A DNA stretch of 64,000 nt from an uncultured Chloroflexia bacterium (GCA_963810095.1 CAWEMM010000012.1:192001-256000); one strand, 5' to 3'. Positions 18,363 through 28,756 are shown, counted from the stretch's first letter. The notes: generated by a model not told the origin, from the sequence alone. Program-made: numbers and translations.

Positions 18363-20355
18363 GCTCGGCTTCTACGTGGAGAACACCACCGTGCCCTTCC
18401 TGCGCGACGCGTTCGTGAAGGTGAAGCCGCCCGTGCTGCTCATCCACGCCCAGGACCGCGGGCTGCTGCCGCGAAATCCGCAACACGCTGTCGCCCGACA
18501 CGTTTGTCATCGGCCGCATGTACGTCACGCCGGCCGAGCAGAGCGCGTGGCTCACCGGCGGCGACCCCGAGGGCGCGGGACGGGCCTTTGCCGAGCGCAT
18601 CATCAACTATGACTTCCAACTGGCCAAGGAGAAGGGCACGAACGGCCGGCTGCTGGTCGACGCGTGGATGAGCCTCAACGAGCCCGTCCGCGGTCCGGCC
18701 AGCTTTCCCGACGGGAATCCGGACGCCGAGACGCTGGCGCGCTACGACGCGCTCGACCGTTTCCAGGCCGCGTTCCTCGAACGGCTGCGGGCCGAAGGGC
18801 TGGAGGGCGTGGCCTTCAACTTCGCGGCCGGCAACTTCACCCGCAAGAACGATATCGTGCAGTACTTCCCGCGTACATTGGCCGCCTACACCTACCTGGG
18901 GCTGCATGAGTACGGCTGGCCCAACCTCATGCCGCGCGCCGACACGTCCTCGTCCGCGCTGACCTACCGGACCGTGATGGAAGGCATCCGGGAGCGCTAC
19001 GGGAACAGGCATAAGCTGATCATTACCGAAGCCGGGCTCGCTCGCATGTACCGCTACCCCAACGACCCGGCAGGCGACGTGGGTTGGCTGTACGGGGGAG
19101 AAACGATTTCCGAGGACCAGTACTGGCAGTCGCTGGCATGGTACAACAACCAGATGTTGCAGGACGACTACGTAATGGGAGCCAGCCTGTACCAGGTGGG
19201 GCACGGGGGGCGGTGGGAAACCTTCCGGCACCTGGGCGTGAACAACCAGGGCCAGCCGATCCTGCTGATGGACAAGATCGCCACCCTGAACTCGACCGCC
19301 GCGCCGCCGCCTCCCCCGGCCGAGCCGCCCCCAACGCCTGTTCCGCCGCCCGGCGACGAGCGGGCGAAGCTGCTGGCGCGCGTGCGAAGCCGTGCGGTCC
19401 GCAATGCAAGCTGCGGTTGCGGCGACCGACGCGTTCACGGCGGACCTGGCGAAGGCCCGCGCCGCCCTGGGACAGGCCAGCCAAGGCCTCTCTGCGGCCC
19501 CCACCCCCGAGGCCGTGCAGGCGCTGCTCGACCGCCTCACCGCGCTCGACGCCGCGCTCGCGGCCCTGCCGGCAGGATCGGCCGTAGACCCTGCACAACT
19601 GCGCGGGCAGATCGACGCGTTACGGCAGCAAACCAGCGCCCTGCTGGCCGCGGCGCGCAGCGTGGCCGGCCTGGGTGCGCAGGTCAAGGCGGCACAGGCC
19701 CGGCTGGCGGCATCTGACGCGAAGGCGGCGGAAGCGGCAAGGACGAAACAGGCGTCCAACCAGGTGCTCGGCCAGGCGAACACGCTCGCGGGCGAAATCC
19801 AGCCCGTGCCGCGCGCCCTTCCCGTCGGGCGGGGCCTGGAGGCGGCCGGGGAACCGGACGTGCAGGATGTCTCGGCGGCGCTGGCGGAGATCGTTCCAGA
19901 CCCCGGCCCGGCTCGTCCCTTGAGCGACGTCCGGCGCATCGTGATCCATCATACCGGCATGGCCGCAGATGCGACGCCGGAGGCGATCTTGCGCCGGACA
20001 GCAGGGCAGGGACGCCGCGGACTGCCCTATCACTACCTGGTCGACGGCGACGGGATGGTCTCGCAACTCGCCCCCCTGGATGTGGCGGTGAATCAATCGC
20101 GGCTCGCTGCGGTCGATGCGGATGCGATCGGGGTCACGCTGGGGGGCGACTTCGACCTGGCCGTCCCAACCGAGGCGCAGATGGCCGCTGCAGCCGAGCT
20201 GCTGGCCGGCCTGCTCCGCGATTTCGGGTTGGCCGTGAACGACATCTACGGCCGGAGCGAAACTGGAAGGGGGCGTCACCTCGCCCGGCCTGCAATGGAC
20301 GCAGGGCGTGCGCTGGGGCGACGACCTGAAGGCGCGTGTGGCAGCGATGGCCTAG
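18355..20355 (+). CDS. GH-A-like domain + coiled coil + degenerate Amidase_2 domain protein (frameshifts ~18470, ~19390, ~20265)
   Basis: Joined ORFs 18355, 18518 and 19392 plus a final frame TSPGLQWTQG...AAMA*; SLNEP, GLHEY, IITEAG; VIHHT, YHY, YGRSE..TSPG. Confidence 0.7.
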
Positions 20356-20440
20356 ACTGATCGCAACATGTGGTTGCACATGGCTTTTCCACTTTGCGAC
20401 TAAACGCTCACCCCGCTGCGGCGGACAACGCGGGACAAAA

Positions 20441-20531
20441 TAGGACACTGATTGGACCGATTTGACTGATTATCACGATCTTTTCCCGAAGGACTTGCGG
20501 ATCAGTTCAATCAGTTGCATCAGTGTCCCAT
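20441..20531. repeat. Family B element copy 2
   Basis: GGACACTGATT GGACCGATT TGACTGATT ... GATCAGTTC AATCAGTTG CATCAGTGTCC. Confidence 0.7.
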
Positions 20532-20578
20532 TTCGGATCGGTCCGGGAACGGGGGCAGGCATTCGGAGCTTTCGCGAT

Positions 20579-20606
20579 TTGACACCGCGCCAGACTCCTG
20601 TATAAT
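20579..20606 (+). promoter_or_regulatory. Sigma70-type promoter of the lys operon
   Basis: TTGACA (20579-84), 16-nt spacer, TATAAT (20601-06). Confidence 0.8.
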
Positions 20607-20636
20607 GCCGCCAACGTAACAAGGAATACATTACTC

Positions 20637-20711
20637 ATGATGCAACTGTCCAAGCGCTCCAAGTCCAAGAAGCCTTCCCTCGCCTGGGACGGCCGTTGGC
20701 GCTTGGGGTAG
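20637..20711 (+). CDS. Putative attenuator leader peptide 1 (MMQLSKRSKSKKPSLAWDGRWRLG)
   Basis: AAGGA upstream; 4 Lys codons clustered in KRSKSKK; followed by a terminator. Confidence 0.7.
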   Translation: MMQLSKRSKSKKPSLAWDGRWRLG

Positions 20712-20736
20712 CAGACAGACTGCCCCAGAAGTCCAA

Positions 20737-20779
20737 AAGCCCTGCCAGGCCGAAGTGCCAAAGGCAGGGTTTCTTTTTT
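20737..20779 (+). terminator. Attenuator terminator 1
   Basis: AAGCCCTGCC ... GGCAGGGTTT followed by CTTTTTT. Confidence 0.75.
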
Positions 20780-20832
20780 GTTCTCACCTGGCCGTCGCCA
20801 GGATGAGACCAAAAAGAAAACAGGAGAAACAC

Positions 20833-20898
20833 ATGCAGCTTAAGACAAAGCGCAGCGCGAAGCGGAACACCAGCTTGCCGGACCGGAGGTCTGGATAG
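20833..20898 (+). CDS. Putative attenuator leader peptide 2 (MQLKTKRSAKRNTSLPDRRSG)
   Basis: Strong RBS AGGAG at 20822; 3 Lys and 4 Arg codons; followed by a terminator. Confidence 0.7.
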   Translation: MQLKTKRSAKRNTSLPDRRSG

Positions 20899-20930
20899 GC
20901 CGTCTCCGCGCACCCATGCGTCGTGCATGC

Positions 20931-20969
20931 AGCCCCTTCCGCCCAGCCGGCGGAGGGGGCTTTTTATTT
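20931..20969 (+). terminator. Attenuator terminator 2
   Basis: 13-bp stem AGCCCCTTCCGCC/GGCGGAGGGGGCT followed by TTTTATTT, just upstream of the lysW RBS. Confidence 0.85.
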
Positions 20970-20994
20970 CATCTTTGATAAGGAGAATCCTACG

Positions 20995-21165
20995 ATGGTA
21001 CTCAATGCACTCTGTCCCGAATGTGAAGGCGAAATCGCCCTGCGCGACCCAATCATGGGCGAGATCGTCCCATGCGCCTCGTGTGGCGCCGACCTGGAAG
21101 TGATGTCGCTCGACCCGGTTCAGCTGGAACTGGCGCCGGAAGAGCAGGAGGACTGGGGCGAATGA
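20995..21165 (+). CDS. lysW: Amino-group carrier protein LysW
   Basis: RBS AAGGAG, CPEC...CASC zinc ribbon, C-terminal EDWGE. Confidence 0.95.
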   Translation: MVLNALCPECEGEIALRDPIMGEIVPCASCGADLEVMSLDPVQLELAPEEQEDWGE

Positions 21166-22019
21166 CGCGCGTTACCGTGATTGCCTCCCGGATCCGAGTG
21201 GAGGAGAAGCTGCTGCTGCAGGCCCTGGAAGCGGCGGGTGCAGAGGTGAGCCTCGTGAACGACGACGAGATCATCTTCCCCGTCCCGGGTCAGGCGCCCT
21301 TCCAGGCCGACGTGGTGCTCGAACGCTCGCTCAGCGCGGCCCGCGGCATCTATGCCCTGCGCCTGCTGCAAGCGGCGGGCGTGCCCACCGTCAACCGCTA
21401 TGACACCGCCGCGACGTGCTGGGACAAGCTGCTGACCTCCGCGGCCCTGGCCCAGTGCGGCGTGCCCCAGCCCCGCATCCGTGTCGCCTTCACGAGCGAA
21501 TCGGCGCTGCAGGCCATCGAGGAGCTCGGCTACCCGGTCGTGCTCAAGCCGGTGGTCGGCTCGTGGGGGCGCCTGCTTGCCCGCATCAACGACCGGGACG
21601 CCGCGGAAGCCGTGCTGGAGCACAAGGAGACGCTCGGCTCCTACCAGCACAGCATCTTCTACATCCAGGAGTACGTCGCCAAACCGGGTCGCGACATTCG
21701 GGCCTTCGTGGTGGGCGACGACACCATCTCCGCGATCTACCGGGCATCGGGCCACTGGATCACGAACACGGCCCGGGGCGGCGCGGCCAGCAACTGCCCC
21801 GTCACGCCCGAGTTGGACGCGCTGTGCCGGCAGACGGCTCAGGCAGTCGGCGGGGGCGTGCTGGCGATCGACGTGCTGGAGGACCCGGACCGGGGCTTCC
21901 TGGTGAATGAGGTCAACCACACGATGGAGTTCCGTAACAGCATTCATACGACGGGCGTGGATATTCCGGCGGTGGTGGCACGCTACGTGGTTGGCTTGGC
22001 CGGCGTGAGCGAGCGCTAA
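21162..22019 (+). CDS. lysX: Alpha-aminoadipate--LysW ligase (RimK/ATP-grasp)
   Basis: ATGA overlap with lysW; [41 protein letters not shown]. Confidence 0.93.
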   Translation: MTRVTVIASRIRVEEKLLLQALEAAGAEVSLVNDDEIIFPVPGQAPFQADVVLERSLSAARGIYALRLLQAAGVPTVNRYDTAATCWDKLLTSAALAQCGVPQPRIRVAFTSESALQAIEELGYPVVLKPVVGSWGRLLARINDRDAAEAVLEHKETLGSYQHSIFYIQEYVAKPGRDIRAFVVGDDTISAIYRASGHWITNTARGGAASNCPVTPELDALCRQTAQAVGGGVLAIDVLEDPDRGFLVNEVNHTMEFRNSIHTTGVDIPAVVARYVVGLAGVSER

Positions 22020-22115
22020 CACAAAGACGCAAAGACACAAGGACACGAAGGTTCACAAAGAACAGTACCTGAGGTCATCTTTGTGCGCCTTCGGTTCTTT
22101 GTGACTTTGTGTTGA
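22017..22115. repeat. Family A element copy 4
   Basis: TAACACAAAGACGCAAAGACACAAGGACACGAAG ... CTTCGGTTCTTTGTGACTTTGTGTTG. Confidence 0.8.
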
Positions 22116-22127
22116 AGGAGCATTCAC

Positions 22128-23204
22128 ATGACAGAAACTACGTTGGGAACGAGAATGAGTCAGGCAGCAGTGAGCGTGGTTGGCGGGTCGGGCTACGGCG
22201 GCGGCGAGCTGATCCGGCTGCTGCTTGGCCACCCCTGCGTCGACCTGGCGCAGGTCACGTCCGAGTCCCACGCGGGCGAGTTCGTCCACACGCTGCACCC
22301 CAACCTGCGCCCGTCGGGCCGCCGCGAGCCCATCCGCTTCACCAGCCTGGGCGAGTTGGGGCCGTGCGACGTGCTATTCCTGGCCCTCCCCCACGGCGAA
22401 GCGCAGCGCCGCATCGCCCACTTCGCCACCCTCGCCCCCCGCATCGTCGACCTCTCGGCCGACTTCCGCCTCTCCGACCTCGACCTTTACCGGCAGACGT
22501 ATGGCGCAGAGCACCTCGCCCCCCAGTTCGTGCCCGACTTCGCTTATGGCCTGCCCGAGGCCAACCGGGACGCGCTGCGCTCGGCCAGGTACGCCAGCGG
22601 CGTCGGGTGCAATGCGACGGCCGCAAACCTGGCGCTGCTGCCGCTCGTGCGAGCGGGCTTGCTGCGCACCGACCTGCCTGTGATCGTGGACGTGAAGGCC
22701 GGGTCGTCAGAGGGCGGCGCGAGCCACAGCGCGGCGAGCCATCACCCCGAACGGGCCGGTGCGATTCGCTCGTTCGCCCCGACCCGTCACCGCCACGAGG
22801 CGGAGGCCCGGCAGGTGCTCGGCCGGCCCGACGTCTACCTGTCCGTGACGTCCATCGAGCTCGTGCGGGGCGCGCTGGCGACGGCTCACGGCTGGGCCCG
22901 GCCGGGCACGACGGAAAAAGAAGTCTGGCGGGCCTACCGGGCCGCCTACGGCGCCGAGCCGTTCGTCCGCATTGTCCACGACCGCGGGGGCATCTACCGC
23001 CACCCCGAGCCGAAGCTGCTGGCCGGGACGAACCTGGCCGACGTCGGCTGGGAGCTGGACCAGTCGACTGGTCGCATCGTAGCCCTGGCCGCGATCGACA
23101 ACCTCGGCAAGGGCGCGGCCGGTACGGCCGTGCAGTGCATGAACCTGATGCTGGGCTGGGACGAAACCCTCGGCCTGGATGCGTGCGGGCTGCACCCGGT
23201 CTGA
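22128..23204 (+). CDS. lysY: LysW-gamma-aminoadipyl-phosphate reductase (ArgC family)
   Basis: GGSGYGGGE, DLSADFRL, GCNAT, HHPER, IDNLGKGAAG; operon context. Confidence 0.92.
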   Translation: MTETTLGTRMSQAAVSVVGGSGYGGGELIRLLLGHPCVDLAQVTSESHAGEFVHTLHPNLRPSGRREPIRFTSLGELGPCDVLFLALPHGEAQRRIAHFATLAPRIVDLSADFRLSDLDLYRQTYGAEHLAPQFVPDFAYGLPEANRDALRSARYASGVGCNATAANLALLPLVRAGLLRTDLPVIVDVKAGSSEGGASHSAASHHPERAGAIRSFAPTRHRHEAEARQVLGRPDVYLSVTSIELVRGALATAHGWARPGTTEKEVWRAYRAAYGAEPFVRIVHDRGGIYRHPEPKLLAGTNLADVGWELDQSTGRIVALAAIDNLGKGAAGTAVQCMNLMLGWDETLGLDACGLHPV

Positions 23205-23281
23205 TAACAGAAAGACAGAAAGACACGAAGCTTCGCAAGGCCATTTCCGACCTTTAGTGTCTTCGGTGCCTTTGTGGTGAA
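23205..23281. repeat. Family A element copy 5
   Basis: TAACAGAAAGACAGAAAGACACGAAG ... TGTCTTCGGTGCCTTTGTGGTGA. Confidence 0.75.
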
Positions 23282-23292
23282 AGGAAAGTGGA

Positions 23293-24174
23293 ATGAATCC
23301 GATAGTGATCAAGTTGGGCGGCGCGGCCGGGGTGTCCGTTGCCCCAGTGCTGGCTGACGTGGCATTCCTGGTCGCCAACGGACAGCCCGTCATCCTCGTG
23401 CATGGCACGTCGGCCGCGGCCGACGAACTGGCAGGACGGGTCGGTGTGCCAGTGCGACACATCACCTCGCCCTCGGGGCATGTCAGCCGCCATACCGACC
23501 CCGATATGCTGGAGCTGTACGTGATGGCCGCCGCGGGCGGCGTCAACAAGGCGTTGGTCGCCGAGCTGCAGCGGATGGGCTGCAACGCGCTCGGGCTTTC
23601 GGGGGTCGACGGCCGGCTGCTGGTCGCGCGGCGCAAGGACGCGGTGCGATCGGTCGAAGGTGGACGCCAGCGCATCGTCCGGGACGACTACACCGGGCAG
23701 ATCGAAGCGGCAAACGGCGACCTGCTCCGCCTGCTGCTGAGCGGGGGGATGACGCCGGTCGTCGCGCCGCTGGCGCTCGGGCTGGGCGGCGAGCGGCTCA
23801 ACGTCGACGGCGACCGGGCCGCGGCCATGATCGCCGGTGCGGTGGGGGCCGCTGCGCTGGTCATCCTCAGCAACGTGCCCGGCCTTCTGGCCGACTACCC
23901 GAGCGAGGCGAGCCTCGTGCGCCACGTCGCCGCCGAGCACCTGTACACGGTCGAGCACCTGGCGCAGGGACGGATGAAGAAGAAGCTGCTGGCGGCAAAG
24001 GAAGCGCTCGACCGCAATGTGCCCACGGTCGTCCTGGCCGACTCCCGCCGCGCGATGCCGGTCAGGGCCGCGCTGCGAGGCGAAGGGACCGTGATCGGGG
24101 AGCGGGGCGGGTTGGATCACGACGACGGGCTCCCGGCGGAGTTTTTCGCCGTGTCCCAAACGGTGGAGGTCTAG
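23293..24174 (+). CDS. lysZ: LysW-aminoadipate/glutamate kinase (ArgB family)
   Basis: VIKLGG, VHG, SPSG..SR.TD, LNVDGDRAAA, GRMKKK. Confidence 0.92.
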   Translation: MNPIVIKLGGAAGVSVAPVLADVAFLVANGQPVILVHGTSAAADELAGRVGVPVRHITSPSGHVSRHTDPDMLELYVMAAAGGVNKALVAELQRMGCNALGLSGVDGRLLVARRKDAVRSVEGGRQRIVRDDYTGQIEAANGDLLRLLLSGGMTPVVAPLALGLGGERLNVDGDRAAAMIAGAVGAAALVILSNVPGLLADYPSEASLVRHVAAEHLYTVEHLAQGRMKKKLLAAKEALDRNVPTVVLADSRRAMPVRAALRGEGTVIGERGGLDHDDGLPAEFFAVSQTVEV

Positions 24175-24175
24175 C

Positions 24176-25442
24176 ATGGGCGTACTCCTGGGCCTGGCGA
24201 AGACACCCGCTCAAATGGAGCGCCGGCCCTCCCCGGCAGCAGGCGGGGCAGCGGAACGCATCTTCACCGTGGAATCCGCATACACGTCCGGCCTTTACCC
24301 GAAGCGGCAGCTGGCTATCGTGCGGGGCGAAGGCGCGCACGTCTGGGACGCGGACGGGCACGAGTACATCGACTGCGTCGCGGGGCAGGGCTCGGCTAAC
24401 CTGGGCCACTGCCACCCGGCCATCGTTGCTGCCGTAACCGAGCAAGCCGGCCGGCTCATCACCTGCCCCGAGATCTTCTACAACGACGTCCGTGCGGCCC
24501 TGCTCCACCGCCTAAGCCTCGTCGCACCCGCGGGGCTGGACCGGGCGTTCCTCTGCAACTCGGGCACGGAGGCGGTGGAGGCAGCCATCAAGTTCGCCCG
24601 CGCCACCACGGGGCGGCCGGGCATCGTGGCCGCACGCAACGGCTTCCACGGCCGCACGATGGGCAGCCTCTCGGCCACGTGGAAGGAAGACTATCGCCGG
24701 CCGTTCGCACCCTTGGTGCCCTGCTTCTCGCACGTGCCCTTCGGCGACCTCCCGGCACTCGAATCTGCCGTGACGGACGAAACGGCTGCCGTGATCCTCG
24801 AGCCTGTCCAGGGTGAGGGTGGGGTCCACCCGGCAAGTGGCGAGTACCTGCGGGCCGCCGCGCAGCTCTGCCGCGAGCGGGGCGCACTGCTGATCCTGGA
24901 CGAGGTGCAGACAGGCTTCGGCCGCACGGGCAAGCTGTTTGCCTGCGAGCACTTCGGCGTGACGCCCGACCTCTTGGCCGTCGCCAAGTCGATGGCGGGC
25001 GGCCTGCCCATGGGCGCGTGCCTGATTGGGCCTGCGGTCGGCAAGCTGCCGCCCATGAGCCACGGCAGCACGTTCGGCGGCAACCCGCTCACCGCCGCGG
25101 CCGCGCTCGCCGCAATAACCGTTATGACAAGCCCCTACCCTACCCCGACGTCCGCCTACACGCTCGTGCAGCATGCGGGGCAATCGGGTCGCCGGCTGAT
25201 GGAAGGGCTGGCGGCCATCCGCTCGCCGCTGATCCGGGAAGTCCGCGGCCTGGGGCTGATGGTCGGCATCGAGCTTAAGGTGAAGGTCACGCCCGGTGCT
25301 GCAGCGCTTACAAGCGTTGGGAATCCTGGCCCTGCCCGCGGGTCTGACCGTGTTGCGGCTGCTGCCCCCGCTGGTCATCGGCGACGAGGACCTGGCCCGC
25401 GTCGTCGAGGCAGTTGAGGTAGCAACGGATGTCACGGATTAG
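24176..25442 (+). CDS. lysJ: LysW-aminoadipate-semialdehyde aminotransferase (ArgD family); frameshift ~25295
   Basis: NSGTEAVE, FHGRT, EPVQGEGG, DEVQTGFGRTG, AKS, STFGGNP; the other frame gives the canonical VLRLLPPL C-terminus. Confidence 0.9.
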
Positions 25443-25491
25443 CACGGATTTTTCTTCACCATCCTGCTAAGGCGCCAATCCGTGTAATCCG
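25421..25491. repeat. Family B-like element copy 3 (overlaps the lysJ stop)
   Basis: GCAACGGAT GTCACGGAT TAGCACGGATT ... AATCCGTGT AATCCG. Confidence 0.6.
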
Positions 25492-25509
25492 ATGCAAGAG
25501 GAGGTTCTT

Positions 25510-26661
25510 ATGTCCGTGGATCATTATTCCATCATCGATTCCACCCTGCGCGAAGGGGAGCAGTTCATTAATGCATCTTTTTCGACGGAGCAAAAGATCG
25601 CCATCGCCCATGCGCTCGACGAATTCGGCGTCGAGTACCTGGAACTCACGTCTCCCCAGGCGTCGCCGGGCAGCCTGGCCGACCTGCGAACGATTGCCGG
25701 CCTCGGGCTGCGCTCACGCATCCTGACCCACATCCGCTGCCACCGCGACGACGCCGCGGTCGCGCTCGACGCGGGCGTGGACGGCGTGGACGTGGTGATC
25801 GGAACCTCGTCCCGGCTGCGCCAGTTCAGCCACGGCAAGAGCATCGACGAGATCATCGCGATCGCAGGCGAGGTGCTGCCCTGGATCCGTGAGCAGGCGC
25901 CTGGCATCGAACTGCGTTTCAGCACCGAGGACTCGTTCCGCAGCGAGGAGGCCGAGCTGCTGCGGGTCTACCTGGCCGTCGACCGGCTGGGCGTCGTCAA
26001 CCGGCTCGGTATTGCCGACACAGTGGGCATCGCCACGCCCACGCAGGTGGGGCGCTTGGTGGGCACGCTGCGCCGCCTCACCCACTGCGACATCGAGTTC
26101 CACGGCCACAACGACGCGGGCTGCGCCATCGCCAACGCGTTTGCCGCGCTCGAAGCGGGCGCGACTCACATCGACACGACGGTGTTAGGCATTGGCGAGA
26201 GGAATGGGATCACCTCGCTGGGCGGCCTCATCGCCCGCATGGTGACGCTCGACCGGGGCGCGACGGCCGCCAAGTACCGCCTGGAGCGGCTGCGGCAGAT
26301 CGAGCTGCTGGTCGGCGAAATGGTCAACGTCGACATCCCCTTCAACAACTGCATCACCGGATTCAGCGCCTTCACACACAAGGCCGGCATCCATGCCAAG
26401 GCGATCCTCAACGCGCCCGAGACGTACGAGGCGCTCGATCCACACGACTTCGGGCTGACCCGCTACATCTCGATTGCCCACCGGCTGACGGGCTGGAACG
26501 CGGTGCGCGCCCGGGCCGACCAGTTGGGCCTGGCCCTGTCCGACGGCCATGTCAAGGCACTGACTCAGCACATCAAGGTATTGGCCGACGAGCGCGCGCT
26601 GACCCTCGACGACGTCGACAACCTCCTGCGCAACTGGGGCAACGGCAACGGGACGCATTGA
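25510..26661 (+). CDS. lysS: Homocitrate synthase
   Basis: [41 protein letters not shown]. Confidence 0.92.
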   Translation: MSVDHYSIIDSTLREGEQFINASFSTEQKIAIAHALDEFGVEYLELTSPQASPGSLADLRTIAGLGLRSRILTHIRCHRDDAAVALDAGVDGVDVVIGTSSRLRQFSHGKSIDEIIAIAGEVLPWIREQAPGIELRFSTEDSFRSEEAELLRVYLAVDRLGVVNRLGIADTVGIATPTQVGRLVGTLRRLTHCDIEFHGHNDAGCAIANAFAALEAGATHIDTTVLGIGERNGITSLGGLIARMVTLDRGATAAKYRLERLRQIELLVGEMVNVDIPFNNCITGFSAFTHKAGIHAKAILNAPETYEALDPHDFGLTRYISIAHRLTGWNAVRARADQLGLALSDGHVKALTQHIKVLADERALTLDDVDNLLRNWGNGNGTH

Positions 26662-26716
26662 AACACAAAGACACCAGGACACAACGTTTTCGTTGTGTCT
26701 TTGTGCCTTTGTGTTA
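26661..26716. repeat. Family A element copy 6
   Basis: AACACAAAGACACCAGGACACAACG TTTT CGTTGTGTCTTTGTGCCTTTGTGTT. Confidence 0.8.
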
Positions 26717-26743
26717 CAAGGCGATCCCGCAAGGAGCAGAAAG

Positions 26744-28075
26744 ATGGGAGATACATTTGCGCAGAAGGCGCTGGCGCGGGCGGCCGGGCTGGAGCACGTC
26801 GTGGTGGGCCAGATCGTCGACGCCCGTCCCGACGTGATACTCAGCCACGATAACACCGCCGCCATTGCCCGCCTGTTCGCCACGCTGGGCCAGGCACGCG
26901 TCCTCCACCCCGAGCGGCTGGCGATTGTACTGGATCATGCCGTGCCGCCGCCCACCGCCGAGCATGCGCAGAACCACGCGGACGTGCGGCGTTTCGTCGA
27001 GGAACAGGGGATCGGGCGCCCGGGGGCGGGCCACTTCTACGACGCCGGCCGCGGCATCTGCCACCAGGTCGTCGGCGAGGACGCGCTCGATCCTGCCGGG
27101 CCAGACCATCCTCGGAGCCGACAGTCACACCACGCATCACGGCTGGCTGGGCGCCTTCGGCGCCGGCATCGGGCGCAGCGAGGTGGCCGCGCTGTGGGCC
27201 ACGGGCGAACTCTGGCTGCGGGTGCCCGAGACAATCCGTGTCGAGTTGACCGGCAGCCTGCGGCCCGGACTCACCGCGAAGGACCTGGGGCTGTGGCTGC
27301 TCCGACTGTTAGGGCCGGAGGCGGGCATCTACCGGGCCGTCGAGATCGGCGGGCCGGGCGTGGGCACCCTGTCCGTCGAGAGCCGCATGGTGCATCCCGA
27401 ACCTGCTGGCCGAGTCGGGCGCAAAGAACGCGTACGTGGAACCCGACGCGGCCGTGTTCGGCTGGCTGGCCGGGCGGCTGGCACGGCGCACGGGTGAGCC
27501 GGTGGCAGACTGCCGGCAGCCACATCGAGGCCGGCGCGCTCTACCCTGACCCGGACGCTGCCTACGAACGGAGGCACGTTGTGGACCTGGCCGCGCTCGA
27601 GCCCGTCGTCGCGGTCCCGCACAACCCGGCAAACATCGCGCCGCTCTCTGAGGTCGCCGGCGTGCCCGTCCAGCAGGCATTCATCGGCACCTGCACGAAC
27701 GGGCGGCTGGAAGACCTGGCCGCGGCCGCGGCCGTGCTGCGCGGGCCCGGCGGCCAGGTGCGCCAGGTTGCCCGGGGCACCCGGCTGGTCGTCATTCCCG
27801 CGTCGAGCGAAGTGCTGCAAGCCGCGCTGGCCGCGGGGTACGTGGAGACATTCCTCGCCGCGGGGGCCATGATCGGCGTCCCGGGCTGCGGTCCGTGCAT
27901 GGGCAACCACCTGGGCGTGCCGGCCGCCGGCGAGACCGTGATCAGCACGGCGAACCGCAACTTCAAAGGCCGCATGGGCAACCCGGCTGCGCGGATCTAC
28001 CTGGCCAGCCCCCAGGTCGTCGCCGCCAGCGCGGTCCTCGGCCGGATCGGCGACGTGCACGAGATAATGGACTAA
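26744..28075 (+). CDS. lysT: Homoaconitase large subunit (internal compensating frameshifts ~27090-27520)
   Basis: SHDN, LDH, GICHQ, GADSHT (other frame), [29 protein letters not shown]. Confidence 0.88.
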   Translation: MGDTFAQKALARAAGLEHVVVGQIVDARPDVILSHDNTAAIARLFATLGQARVLHPERLAIVLDHAVPPPTAEHAQNHADVRRFVEEQGIGRPGAGHFYDAGRGICHQVVGEDALDPAGPDHPRSRQSHHASRLAGRLRRRHRAQRGGRAVGHGRTLAAGARDNPCRVDRQPAARTHREGPGAVAAPTVRAGGGHLPGRRDRRAGRGHPVRREPHGASRTCWPSRAQRTRTWNPTRPCSAGWPGGWHGARVSRWQTAGSHIEAGALYPDPDAAYERRHVVDLAALEPVVAVPHNPANIAPLSEVAGVPVQQAFIGTCTNGRLEDLAAAAAVLRGPGGQVRQVARGTRLVVIPASSEVLQAALAAGYVETFLAAGAMIGVPGCGPCMGNHLGVPAAGETVISTANRNFKGRMGNPAARIYLASPQVVAASAVLGRIGDVHEIMD

Positions 28076-28155
28076 CAGGAAGAACCGAAGATACGAAGCG
28101 CCACAAAGATGACTTAACCGTTGTGAAACCTCGGTGTCTCCGGTTCTTCTTGTGA
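28073..28155. repeat. Family A element copy 7
   Basis: TAACAGGAAGAACCGAAGATACGAAG ... CTCGGTGTCTCCGGTTCTTCTTGTGA. Confidence 0.75.
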
Positions 28156-28177
28156 CTGGTCGACTAGGAGCACGCAA

Positions 28178-28756
28178 ATGGGACGAGCGTGGGTTTACGG
28201 CGATGACGTCAATACGGACGTGATCTTTCCGGGCAAGTACACCTATACGGTGAAAGACGAGACGGAGATGGCGCGGCACGCGCTGGAGGACCTCGACCCG
28301 ACTTTCGCCGGCGGAGTTCAGCCCGGCGACGTGATCGTCGCGGGCCGAAATTGGGGGTGTGGCAGCAGCCGTGAGCAGGCCGTGACGTGCTTGCGTTCTG
28401 CGGGAGTCCGTTTTATAATTGCGCAAAGTTTCGCAAGAATCTATTTCCGCAATGCCGTCAACAACGGCCTCCTCCCCATCGTCTGCCCGGAGGCGGTTGC
28501 GGCCATTCAGCCCGACGAGGCTGTGACCGTCGACCTGGTACGATGCGTGGTACGTTGCGCCAACGGCGCCTCTGCGGCGCAGGGATCTGCACCCCAGAGG
28601 GAGTTCCCTTTCTCTCCACTCTCCCCATCGGTCGCGGCCATTTTCCAGGCGGGCGGGCTTTTGCCCATGCTGCGGGCGCGCGTTTTGCCAGACGAGCGTG
28701 CTCTGCCAGGTGAGCGCGTCTTGCCGGACGCGCCCCTCTCGGAGGTTGCGAAATGA
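28178..28756 (+). CDS. lysU: Homoaconitase small subunit
   Basis: [37 protein letters not shown]. Confidence 0.9.
   Translation: MGRAWVYGDDVNTDVIFPGKYTYTVKDETEMARHALEDLDPTFAGGVQPGDVIVAGRNWGCGSSREQAVTCLRSAGVRFIIAQSFARIYFRNAVNNGLLPIVCPEAVAAIQPDEAVTVDLVRCVVRCANGASAAQGSAPQREFPFSPLSPSVAAIFQAGGLLPMLRARVLPDERALPGERVLPDAPLSEVAK

Noticed and set aside
20610-20990. Lysine riboswitch or T-box upstream of the lys operon
   Set aside because: No recognisable L-box or T-box consensus; the region is explained by two uORF + terminator units.
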